A stretch of 55,021 bases of DNA, counting the filler, from Sphacelaria rigidula (Eukaryota), in NCBI GenBank assembly GCA_964200075.2. It is 6 parts of 6 records of this genome, joined end to end, with 100 filler letters (N's around TTAATTAATTAA, not from the genome) between each part and the next. Parts side by side here need not be neighbours in the genome. Positions count along the whole stretch, not along the records: positions 36,750 to 45,835 come from CAXNAA020009339.1; positions 45,936 to 55,021 come from CAXNAA020009340.1; 4 more parts are not named here. The stretch is one strand, 5' to 3'. The translations under genes and the position numbers were made by a program. Positions 36,650 through 48,800 of the stretch are shown here, in pieces. The notes beneath the pieces are model-generated. The model was not told the origin of the DNA, ran no database searches, and was given only the letters and a program-made list of their open reading frames with translations. Numbering within the stretch: position 1 is the stretch's first letter; the number at the start of each line of letters is the position of its first letter.

Positions 36650-37527
36650 NNNNNNNNNNNNNNNNNNNNNNNNNNNNNNNNNNNNNNNNNNNNTTAATTA
36701 ATTAANNNNNNNNNNNNNNNNNNNNNNNNNNNNNNNNNNNNNNNNNNNNATGGTTACCATGAAGATCGCCTGGCACAAACGTGGGGTACTTGTGTCAAAG
36801 GTGTTGAACTTGGCTTCAGGCCACGAGCCCGTGTTGGAGGCATTATTTAATGTCGGTGAGCCAGCAAAAAGAAAGGAACCAGACACCCAACGAGTACTAG
36901 GATTGGGATGTCCCAGTACGTTGAAGATATCCAATCAATACAATTAAAAGGGACAAGCTGGAGATTCTGTCGAAGGAGATTGAGAAAGAGACGGAAAGGA
37001 AGGGCGGAGGGTGGAGTAAAGAGTGATTGGGTGAAGTACTAGTAGTGCTGGTATTCGGAGTCCGTAGTGACATGACGAGAATAGAGTTGAAAAAGAAATG
37101 CAATCAAGTTGGATTATACCGTTTGCCAACAGGAAAAGTAGGAAGGGACGGAGAACTCTTCCGAGCCACGCTAAAATAGAGCGCGAGCAAGGAGTGGGAA
37201 AGGATAGAAACAAGGAACGTATCGGCATGGGTCAAACGTGTAGGATGCAGAGTATGCATTGTTAGCGGGAAAACAAACTTAACCCTTTTGGAACCCACAA
37301 TAAAAAATTGATCATTTGCAATTGACGGTTTTTGAGCGACATATGGTGATGGTTCACAGCTTAGACACAACAATAGTCGCCCAACGCGTATTTTTCAGAT
37401 CCGTGCGAGTGACAGGTGGAACAAGAAGAGGTTTCCTATTTTCTCATTGCGGCGAGGTCCGGGACCCGTCGGCGTTTTTTTCTACACTCGTGAGCTCCTT
37501 GCCAGGCCACAGTGCGCGGCGAGCCGC

Positions 37528-37784
37528 GAGTGATGCTACGGTAGGGGTGCACACATATTTTCTGAGGTTAGAATTGTTAGGAGCCTTTTATCTCATGAAA
37601 AACACGACCCATGAAAATATGTGAAAGTACGCCAGGATTACTGCTCCAACGTACTGGGGATATCCCGAATGAAATGGCAAACGGGGATCCCCTGATCCAT
37701 ATTTTTGTGCATCTAGAACCGTTAGGAGCCCCTGAACTAGACAGAACTTCGCGAAAAAAGTGCACCCCTACCGTAGCATTGCTC
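37528..37784. mobile_element. ~257-bp MITE (family D); a partial inverted copy lies at 27564-27690
   Basis: TIRs GAGTGATGCTACGGTAGGGGTGCAC ... GTGCACCCCTACCGTAGCATTGCTC. The left half matches the reverse complement of 27564-27690 (ACAATTCTAACCTCAGAAAATAT, AGTAATCCTGGCGTACT). Confidence 0.8.
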
Positions 37785-39229
37785 AAGCATTCTTCCCGCC
37801 TGACCTGCAGGCCCTTCCCGCTGCAGTTTATACTCTTTGCAGCGTCATAGCAACCAGGGCAACGCCGATGATACATTCGCCATATTTATGAACTGGCGGT
37901 GTAATACAATTCTAGGCACTCACCTTTCCGTGCCGCCGAGGGTGCTGCAATACTGCCCTGTACAGTACTAGGTGTGCTTACAGCAGTTTGGGGTAATCTC
38001 GACTGCAGACTCACGTCATGCACAACATCGCGCTCATGCACGCTCCGACAGCACCATCCCGCCGTTTGAAAAAATCCGCAAAGGCGACGCAGATGCCATG
38101 TGCCCTGCAGTTATGCACCGTCACTGTAGTGTAGGCTGGGTCTGCCGAGTGCCGTCGCCCCGGGGGTGATGTCTTACTGCTTCGGGTTATGTCTGCATCG
38201 TATTTTGAAAATGTCTCTGTAAAAGCGAGGCATACCCAGAACTGCGCTCTGCAAAGCACGTGCCGACGACATCATACTGCGGGTTGGCTATTACACAACG
38301 GCGTAGCGAAATGCATAGTTGCCCCACCACATCTTTACCGCGGATTGATCGTTCCCGACCGTTGCACAGACATACTCCATGCTGCACGAGATTCATGACG
38401 CCGGCTACCGCTAACATCTCGTGCCGTCTACGCTCGTGGCCGACTTTCCACGACATGCTTACATTTATTTTGCACGGAGTGTCGCCACAAGTTAATACTA
38501 TAACCTACTGTGTTCACTGACTGTGGTGTTTTTCGTCTGGCGTGATTACGGTAGGCGGTGCCCGTTGGCTCCCTCCCGTGTCCATGTATATCACCTGTTC
38601 GTACGCCTGCGATTACGCCCGCCATGTACCGCCCGCACAACCCACTGAGCCTTCCACATTTGGTGACGGGATTCGCTGGGTTCAGCCATACTATGCTGTA
38701 TGTACGGTGTGGCTTGATAAACTCGCCACCTGATGCTGCAGCCCGTCAAAACGGTGCTTTCTTTATGTGCAAATAAATGCTGATATACCGACGTGCCTGG
38801 TTGGACCCTGAAACCCATTGCTGTTTTTGAATGGAATGTTTCATAGTGGTTTTGCTGATTATTGTCGAGGGATACAACTGGACACACTTCATCCGCTGCG
38901 TGGTATGATTGGACAAACCTTACCCGACCTCTCCAGGGAGGACATTCTTCTTCAGTCTTCCATAATGAAAATGGTTGCCGTCGGCGTTTTCTGTTTCCAT
39001 CTTTTCCTCTTGGTCAGGGCTTCTCATAGTGAGGCGTTTGACCAGGGGACGGGAGGGAATGGTCCTTAAAGGGTTAAGACGTAGTGCACGGGCAAACAGA
39101 GGGAAATAAAGGCAGGCACAGGTAAATGTCCGGAAGAGGAAGGGGAGAAGAAATAGCGGCCCGAAACAAATAGACAAAGACCAAAGCGGCAAGGGGCAGA
39201 ACAATCAAGCAAGTGAAAGTAGAAGAGAG

Positions 39230-42200
39230 GATCGCGAGGGAGATCGAGATGAAGAAGTTTGTCACCAACAGGCTTGACATCAGGTGATGATGGCGAGGGC
39301 CCTACGATCAGAATCTTGAATGGCCCTGTCCAGTCGACGGATAACTTAGTCTTCAAGACTGTCTTGTTGGCGGCTCTGTCGGCGCCTTGGCGGATGGTTG
39401 ACAAACTGTTGTAAACCCACACCAATTGCCAACCTTCCAAGTAGACCGTTTGTGCATCAAATTGTAGAGAACATTATTATATTAGGTCTCTCAAATCGCG
39501 AGGCGTTGATAGCGTGCTGTTCACGCACGAGAGTGGAAGCTTTGCGCTGGTGTGCACGCGCCAGGTCATGGTAGGATATCTGATCCTGATCCAAGCCTTG
39601 GTGGCCATCAAAGATGTGTCTCTCAAACACGTTGATGGGTAGACGGCGGTAGCGGCCGAGATGTAACTCGTTCGGAGAGAGACCGGTAGGAGCATTGACC
39701 GAGTTGTTATAAGACAGCATGACATATGAAAGATGGAGATACCATTTGTTTTGACGATCGTTGACTACCATAGATGACATATGGGCCATGGTGTGGTTGA
39801 CTCTTTCAGCGCCACCGTTACCATTAGGGTGGTAAGCGCTTGTGGCTATCTTGCGAATGCCCAGGAGCGTTTGTAGTTCGTCCGAGAGATCGGCTTAAAG
39901 CCGTTTGGGGCAACCATATTGCTTGATATAGTCGTGAACTGAGATGTTAGCTGTGCCTGCGGCTGTGAAATTTCCAGCGGTGACTGCGTACATGAACGCA
40001 TGCCGACTGAAACGGTCGGTAAAGAGTAAGGTGTAGGTTTTGCCACGGTCAGCGGGCGGTAAAGGACCGAAATAGTCGAAAGACACAAGGTGACCAGGAG
40101 CGTTGGGAAGTACGATCGAAATGACTGGTCAACGTATTGTCTGCCGTGAGGTTTTGCGAGCTTGACACTTGAAGCATCGCCGAATCCAGAAGCGGGTGGA
40201 CACTTCCATACCGATTCACCAGTAGAAACGCTTGGTAACACTAACGTGCGCGTGACACCAAGGTGGCAAGACACGTCAGTGTGGCAGCCTTTCATTACCC
40301 ACGGTCGCATCAAAAATGGGACATATATCCGGGTGGGGCTTATCGTCGAGTAGGCGCGCATGACGTCCAGTGGTGACGGGGGAAGTTGCACCCGGCGGGG
40401 GCGTAGGGCAGCGGACAAGCAGTTGCATACCGTCATCAGTTGTGAAAATAGTACCTTTACGTGCGAGTTCGTACACTTCAGAGGCATTTGATTGTGGCAG
40501 TGTACCAACCGGGACCAGAACATTGGCCGGGATAGGGGCAGGGCAGCCAGCACGGAGGTACCGCAGGGTTGCGCGGCATAATGGTTCTGCTTGTTGTTCA
40601 CGAGTCCAATCACGATAGGAGTAACTGGCGAGGAACTCGCGCAGTTGGCCTTCCGCCGGAGAGCCGACCAGACATAGTGGCTCAGGAAGCGGTGAAACAG
40701 GCGATGGGACGCAGGTGCCAACGTCGATGTGTACATCGGGATCATCAGAAGGGGTGGGCACTAACGGTGCCGCGGAGGGCGGCGTTGTCGAAGTAGTGCG
40801 CGCCGAAGAGCGTGCTCGGCGCTTGTTGTGAGAATTGCGTGCGGCGGGTGTTGCCAAGGCTCGTAGTGCGCTTTTGCGGGGAGCTGGTGTTACGCTGCTC
40901 GTGGGAGCAGTAGGTATTGTCGGTGGCGACGGGGCGCGGGGAGTGTTAGCGCGGGCGGCAGACCGAGAGCGCGTATTGTCAGAAATGAGATGGACGACTG
41001 GGACTGGAGGCGGCAGAAGTGAAATATTTGCGTGGGGGCCGATAGTGCGGAAATTGACGAAATCGGCGTTTGTGTGCTTTAGCCCATCCAAGACTGCATC
41101 ATACGGTAGGGGGCGAGGGCCGCCCATGTGCATACCCGTCTCTGAGCAATGAAGGTCGAGGGCATAAATGGGCGTTGAGAAACGCCGGATAGGGTACACG
41201 CCTGGTTAATCGGGTTCAGTTAGTCGGCAAGCTGGCCTGAAATCTGTAGCCGTTGGAGGGAGGGGTAGGCGGGAGAGAAGGTCAGCATTCCCGTCGGTTT
41301 TGCCAGGGCGATGTTTGACAGTATACTGATGAGCTGTCAGGAACTCCAACCAGCGTTGCACACGGGGGTTATGTTCGCCAACCTTGGCGAGTTGTTCAAG
41401 TGCTCCGTGCTCCGTATAGATTTGGAAAGGCACGTGGAACAAATATTATCGAGGGCGCTTCATTGCCCACGTGATAACTCCCACTTTCAAGTCCAGTGGG
41501 CTCCAGTTGGCCTTGTTTGGCAGGGTGGCGCGATTGATATAAAGGATGGGTCGAATAGAGCCATCGAGTTGAGGCTGATTCAGGACCGCGTCGAAACCGT
41601 CGGTGCTGGTGTCTGTGTGCAGTTGAAAGAGGCGAGAGCCGTCTTGTACTGCATCCCAGTCTGAGAAACAAAGGACCGGTTTTTCGGTGAGCGTTTTCAG
41701 CAAATCGCGAACAATAGCTTCCATGTCTTTTGTGAAGACAAATGCGGCGTCTCTTTAAAGCAAACCACTAATGGGGCGAATCCGTTTGGAGAGGTTGGGC
41801 AAAATTTTGCGACAGTAGGACAGTCCACCCAGTAATGAGCGGAGTTGAGTAATGTTCGTGGGCATCGGCAATTCAGTCATTGCTCTCACTTTGTTAGTTT
41901 CCGGGTGTAGACCCGCCAGTGAAATCGAATGTCCCTGAAAATTCAATTCAGTCGCGCCACGGCGAACCTTGGATGGTGACAGTTTCAAATCGTGAGTCCG
42001 CTGTCGAAAAAAGAACTCGCGTAAGGTGCTCACATGCGCAAGAGGGGTGGCATCGAAAGCGATGGCGTCGTCCAAGTCCATGATGACGTGTTCGAGATTC
42101 TCTCTGAGAGTCATCCTACGATAGGGGAGGGGGTATTTGATTGCACGAAAAAAAAAGCTGATAAGTGTGTCAGATGACCTGCAACACTCGCTTTGCGCTT

Positions 42201-45200
42201 GTATTTGGTTCAAAACGGTGTCAATCGGTATGAACGAGCGTTATGTATCTATAACAAGCTCGTTCGAGCAACCGTTGCTGATTTCAGCGGCGTGATTTGC
42301 CTTGGAATTTCGTGCAAGAAGTGGCCCAAAATACCCCCCCCCTATCGTAGGATGACTCGTGACGCGCTGCAATAAGCGTTGGGAACAGCCTGGTGCAGTG
42401 GCGGCGCCTTGTGGCATACGGAGCCATTCGTAAAGCCCGGAAGATGTACAGAACGCTGTCAGTGGGACTGTATCAGGGTGCATGGCATTCTGAAAAACTC
42501 CAGAAGCGAGGTCGAAGGTACTGAATATTTTGCCTTCGCCTAGAGCGTCGAAGACTTCATCTATGCGAGGAATTGGAAGTTTCCCCACCACAGTAACGCG
42601 GTTCAGCCGTTGATAATGCACGGTGATGCGTATGTTACCATCTTTTGGGGGGACGACCACTAGGGGTGAGGCTCATGAAGAAGGTGAGTGTTGGATTGAT
42701 CCGGCACCTAAGTACGCACCTAAAATAGCGGCAACCTGTTTGGTAAGGATGGGGTTCGTCCGATATGGTAATTGGCGAAACGCCAGGTTGAAGCGTGATT
42801 TCAAAGGGCAGCGTTTTGCAATATCCATGATCCGTTGTGGATTGGGAAAACCGGGCTTGGTACTCCAATAAAACATCATTTACTTCTTTGATTACAGCGG
42901 ATTCCCAACCGGGTCCATGTAAATCAAAGTTCATGTCACGTAAATGGGATGGAAGTTAATTCCACATGTGCAAGAAAATTTTCCGAGATTCTGGTGACAG
43001 GTGTTGGAGCACTTCAGTAGGAGGGCCGGACGTTGTCGGTGCAGGGTCCACGGTGTGGATACGTGATGGAGACGAAGGGGTTACGTCGAAGTAAGGCTCA
43101 TCGACGCAATTGACAGAACCGTCCGTCGGAGGCTCCGAGTTGGGCGTTGAGGGCTCAGTGGCACATGTCTCAAGTGGAATGTGCATGAGGGGAGCAGCAG
43201 CGATACCCAAACACCTCCGGGTTCCAACTTAACATGAACCGTGAGGGGTAAAGGCTGTTTTCATGCGAAGACAAAGTGTTCTGTGCCGGGAGGCGCACAA
43301 ATCCGAGGAAGCTTTCCAGCGAGGTAATGTCCCGTAAGGGCAGACATGCCATTTCGGCGGACGAGGGCACCTTCCAGCAGTTGAGGATCGTCGGAGAGGG
43401 TCAGCAGTACCATCGTATCGGAGGTGGTAAGCAGCTCCGGTAGCTTGTTCATTTTTTTGACAGGCCAAGGCATCGTGAAGAGTACCGAAATGTTCAAGGT
43501 TGAGTTCTCCACGAGGAACAGACTGTAGCGATAATGGTGGTAGCATGCGATAGGTGTGTTGATCAAGCCGCATGTAAGTATCACGTCCCATGAGTAAGGC
43601 GTGAGCCATGGTGCTGTCGGGGACTACATATGCCCAGACTGCAAGACTGGCGGAACGGGTTGTTTTGTGGAAGAATTGCACACTGAGACGAACTGAATTT
43701 CGTGTGGTCAAAGGTGCGATGGAGGCACCAAAACCATGCCATACTCGAGGTTGGGTGGTGATTTCGCAGGCTGCTGAAGCAGCGCCAATCTGTTTCATGT
43801 GTCCCCACACTGATTCACGAATAAACGTTTGTGGGCTGCCGCTATCTAACAAAGAGACACATTTGACAGGCGTTGTTGCGTATGGCCCACAATGGAGCGC
43901 TACGCGAGTAGTAAAAGGGGCAGGGTCAAGAGACACTTTACCGCCGACAAGGTCCAGACCATGTTCAGCCAAGGTACACTGATCGGGATTAGCAGTGCTG
44001 ACGGCAAAAACTGACGGCGGGTGATCCGCCGGGGGGTCATGAGCAATTTTGTAGATGACTCTGTTGGAAAGACAGGGATCAGCGTCTAAAGTGGATCCAT
44101 GCTGTTCAGTGTCGACCGTAGAATGGGCAGAAACATCCGAAAAAACTGATTTAGATTCTTCTGTGATGCCTCATGGATTCATCGAGCTCAAAGTCGTCGC
44201 ATTTTGGAGAGAGTGAGGTCGAACTCTTCCGCTCGAGTGAGGTGCGCGTGTTGATGCGCGCACTTCGGTGGGGGCATGTTCACGGGGCTTCCTCTCTCGC
44301 CGTGACAAAGGGCGGGAAATTCCAAAGTGTTTGGGGAAAGCCCAACTGCGTCCGGTTGGGTGGATGGGGTCAGCATTGGGGCATGCTTGGGCGAAGCTTG
44401 TGGACTTTCCGCTGGCAAGCTTGGCTGACGAGTCATAGTCGAATGTAAAGTAGCATTGTTTTGTTGCAAATATTTTGTGGCTGGTGGTGTTTGGTACTTT
44501 TCTCGAAACAGACCGACTACCGTCGCAGAGGCAGTAGTATAGCAGACGTACACAGGTTTGCACACCGGGGGTAGCTTCGCGTGGTGCAATGAACGCGAAG
44601 AATGAACTCGTTCGAGCTGAGTGGGTGTTACTTGGCTCGAAGTGGTCAATTTCAGACCAGCGATACTCGAACCAATCGAGTGAAGTACACTACTGCCTGT
44701 GCGTGCGGTCGCTGAGGAAAGCCTTTGCCTCAGAGACGGGCGGTTGGTGTTCCCACACCTCAGATTCACGCTCAGTTCGGAAGGACCAAGTCCACAGCCG
44801 AGTGTAGAGCTAAGTTGTGAGTTAACGCAACTGTTACGCTGTGTGCGAATAGGTGAAGACGGGCGTCGATATGAGCGGCCGTCATTAGAACTCCTGCATA
44901 TTGCCGGGAAGGTTGAGCGGGAAAGGTTTGTCACTTGGTTCGCGGTTGGTGTTGAAGTAATCTTCGTGTGTGCTGCCGGCGGCGCCGAAGACGTAAAAAC
45001 GCCGGCGTCGGCATGTCATGAATCGGTGAGATCATTCATAAAGGAGCCAGGGTTTCTGACGTTGGGGTTCGAGTGATTGTGTTTCGGTCCCGTGCGCTGG
45101 TGTTCATCAGCGGAATTATGGTGACGGTGAGAAGAACTTTCTCTTCGCCGTGAGCCATAGTTGTCGTAGTTGTTGGGGCGATTGTCGCGATTTGAGCGAG

Positions 45201-45760
45201 TGCTGTCGCGGTTGTTAGAAGAGCGACGAGAATTACGGTTGGGTGTGCGGTATTCACGCATGCGTTTCAATCATCGGCGCCATGCTGGCTCATTGTCCTG
45301 CAGCTAAGAATTCATGAGGTCGAAAGAATTGATACAAGAGCGAGTACAATCGCGCATACTGTGCCCTTGGGTGTTACAGTTGATGCAAGGATTCCCGTGG
45401 CGGCTGAAGGCCTCATGTCTGGCAGCAGGCGAGAGGAGGGGAATCCACAGGTGTGGATCATACGTGGTAAACACAGAGGTAGATACAGTGTAAACATCAT
45501 CCCAAGTCTCGGCGGAGTACGGCCAGCCGTGAAAACTGGCACGGAACGGATATATCTTGTTTACAACGCTCATGACGGAGTCGGCGATTGAGGCAGGCGC
45601 CCAGGATGAACAAGGCGAAGTGTGAGACCGGCTACGGGACCCTGAAGGGGTCAAAGAAGGCACAGAAGCGGGCTGTGAACGAGCTGAAGCATACTTGTCG
45701 CCGCGAATGGCTGGCGTCAAATTATTTTCTTGGTGAACAAACGCACTCCACATTGCGTCT
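39230..45760 (-). mobile_element. Decayed Ty3/Gypsy LTR retrotransposon internal region (gag-PR-RT-RH-IN), no LTRs visible
   Basis: Domains in order on the minus strand: gag zinc knuckle CINCNTQGHSMRDC (~45350-45395); aspartic protease LLDSGSPQTFI (~43820-43860); RT (PIPRIDE, FSTFDLASG, TAFCT, YEWLRMPQG, DLDD, LRSLLGGLSY; 41755-42934); RNase H (LHTDTS...AVLNQ, RWLEFL, HRPGKTDGNADLLSRLP; 41206-41724); integrase (HTDVSCHLG, CFKC, FDYFGPLP, FTDRFSR, YNNSVNAPTGLSPNELHLGR, WTGPFKIL; 39230-40330). There are many frameshifts and stops. The PR-RT-RH-IN order identifies Gypsy. Confidence 0.93.
42108..42358. mobile_element. 251-bp MITE inserted in the Gypsy RT
   Basis: Terminal inverted repeats GAGTCATCCTACGATAGGGGAGGGGTATTT ... 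AAATACCCCCCCCCTATCGTAGGATGACTC. The RT reading LLQRV / ENLEHVIM is split by the element. Confidence 0.9.
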
Positions 45761-45835
45761 GAGTCATCCTACGATAGGGGGGGGGGTATGTAGGGCCATT
45801 TGTTGCTCGAAATTTCGAGTCAGATCATCGTTGAA
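45761..45835. mobile_element. Second copy (one end) of the same MITE, cut by the contig end
   Basis: GAGTCATCCTACGATAGGGGGGGGGTATGTAGGGCCATTTGTTGCTCGAAATT matches the reverse complement of the right end of the 42108-42358 element. Confidence 0.85.
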
Positions 45836-48800
45836 NNNNNNNNNNNNNNNNNNNNNNNNNNNNNNNNNNNNNNNNNNNNTTAATTAATTAANNNNNNNNN
45901 NNNNNNNNNNNNNNNNNNNNNNNNNNNNNNNNNNNTGGCCCCGCAAGCCAAAACCACACAGCTCGGGCCCTAGCTGCTCATCAGCTGTGCACGTTGTACG
46001 TGACCTTGCTCAAACCTGTTCAGAATTCATTGAGGAATGATGGTTTGTGTGAGACGCGCGCGCAGCACACGCTCACCAAAGGGTCAGCAACGACACATTT
46101 TCGGTTGTTCTTGACACGCATGAGGCCGTCATTCGTCCAACACAGAACGGATTTCTGTCAAACAAAGACTGTCGTGTAAATATTAGCAAGGCTAGCAGTG
46201 CAACTAATGCGCGTGAGTGGTAGGTGTCTGTGCATGTTTTTTTGGGGCTGGGTGTGTAGGTGTTGCATTGTCTTGTTGTGTCTTGTCTGCAGCCTTACAC
46301 AGACCTTGGATCTGCTTGGACTAACGACCACTTCCAGACCCGCCGCATTTCGGATATGCATGCAGATCTGGGTTCCAAACTGTACAAAACTGCTTGTCGA
46401 TAGGACCCGGGGCTGGTCGTTATGGGGCCAATCCCCTGTCAAAAGGGGATTGTGCAAAAGGGGATTATCCCCTTCGTTAAGACAGGACCTAAAACAACTG
46501 ACATGCCCAAATTCCTCGGTTTTGGGCTGTTCGGGTTAACCCTTTGACCGCGACCCCCCCGCTGGAAGACTGAGTAAGACTATCCACTTTTTGGTCACAG
46601 AATCATTCCTTTAACACAAATCAAAACGCCTACTCTACGACGGAAGGGTCCGGGGGTGCATATGAGGCACATAGTTGTGAGAGTCATCACACAGGCGCCT
46701 GCAGAAAGTACAGTAGTGGTGTGCGATCTGAAGAACTGCTATTATTATATTACGCTGCATAATTGTGCACAGCAGCAGCACTCTGTAGTGTTTTGTGCCG
46801 CAGCTCCACGTACTGTCTACAGCGTACTACTAGATCTTACAGTTTGGACGTGTTGAGGGTACGAAGCGTGCGTGTGTGGTTTTGCACCATGACTGCTGCT
46901 GCGAGCACGCTTACAGCACGTGCCGCGCTCATCGCAACTAGACTTGGGCTATAGTTACTGAGAATTCTCACTGGGCAACACGATCCGCCGGCATTGAGTC
47001 CAGCACGTGTCGTGGTCATCGGCGCAATGTCATTTGGGCCATTGGTACAGAGAATTTTCACGATGCAACACGATCCGCTGGCATTGAGTTGCGGGCAGTA
47101 CGTCGTTCTACCCTCGCCCGCAGGCGCCGAGATCTTCAGGACAAATGAAAATTCATTCGCCGATCGTCGTGCGTGGCGTCAACTATTTGAAGAGAGCGAC
47201 CAGGAATGTGTAAACCCATGTTCCAGAGGTCCAGTATCTCAAACTCGAGGTTTCCGGTATATTTGACTGTAAATTACAGTGAAATATACCAAGAACCTCG
47301 AGTTTGAGATACCTCTTCTAATTCCGAAACATTTCGACATCCGATAATTTCCCGACAAGAATTTTCCACCCCGACGTTCATAACATCCGAGTAGAGGGGG
47401 AATTTAGAAATAGCGGATGGTGCTTTCACTTTCAAGATAAACATATCACCATATCGCGACCGGAGCGTGCATTAGCACCTAGTTTAAAATTGCTGTGATT
47501 GTTATGCAGGTTCCCACTATCCATCCTCAACAATACCTGCTCCCGTACATTATCAACCCCCCTGCTTAATGTTACCGATACTGCTGAAATAGAACGGGGT
47601 GGTCTCCGCGACGCTAATTTTCTTGAACCTGCTTTTCGCTATGAGAGTTTGATTTAGTGCAAATCTGCAATTTTTTCTGCGGGCAAGATGCTGATGATAT
47701 CATCATAATTTTTCGTTGGATTAGAGACCTTGACCATGGGGAAATTATGATGTAGGATGAAAGCAAGTCTCCCATTGACGGCGAGGGACCCCCTCGCCGG
47801 GGGGGGGGGTCATTTGTTGCTTGCTCTAGTCGTCCGCGAGGGGCGGGGCATTTTTAATGACAGGTACCTCCCACGGCTGTGGTAATATGACCCCGAATTG
47901 TACCGACACCAGAATAATGCACAGCCGACAACAAGCCGGCACACTAAGCCCCATCGATGCATACCCGAAAATGATCCGGATCGTTCATGTAATGTCTAAG
48001 CGTCGCCCACCGGGCACAAGGCATCCGGTTGTCGCCAGCCGATGAGTGGAGAGCTTCGAAGGCGAGACGGACGCTCGCCAACCACTGGAACCCCCGTCAT
48101 TTTAGAGGTCATAGAAGCCAATCAAAGAAAAAATATGAACATGCGCCAGGACCACTCGCACATCGGCGGAGTAACCGCCGGGTGGAGAGACCGTGACCCT
48201 GCGTGCGTGCCGCAGCAAAGCACGGTACGAGAGCACTCGGATGCCAAAAGTGCACAAATGAAGAAGGTCGGACCGTGGAACGATTGCTACTGAATTATTC
48301 GCACAGGTCCTCCAAGGGTGAAGCACATGCAACGCAAAACCGTCGTCGTTGAACAAACTGTCTCTGCGCCGTTGCTTCGGCGCGTATCGTCGTGCATCAA
48401 GCCCAAGTCCTATGACAAATGAATAATGAAACAAAACACATGACCGAAAACCCAAACGATCACACGCGAAGCATATGTGTAGATCTCACCGCCACAGGTA
48501 TGAAGCACACCCCCCCAGCCCCCAAGAGACCGAGATACTATACTTACAATCACAGACACCGACAACAAGGAACACGCACGGAGGAAGGCTACAAAATACG
48601 AAGAATGCCGAGAAGGAGGACAACAACAAATCAGCCCGCCGAATACCGCGCTATAAAGGACAACTGAACCACGCAATACGAGGCGCCTCGTACCCAGAAC
48701 CCATGGCCCAACTCCGCGACTCAGTGGGCCAAACAGGGATACCTCTTGTGCGATGTGCGCCGAATTCATCACACGAATCCATACTCTGGGATGGAGCGCA

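Noticed and set aside
36750-37250. Continuation of the LINE RT across the linker
   Set aside because: It is on a different contig, and its LINE resemblance (VLGLGCPST...YPINT) is too weak to call.
37972-39069. Cluster of short Cys/His-rich ORFs, possible transposase remnant
   Set aside because: No consistent frame, strand or recognisable motif.
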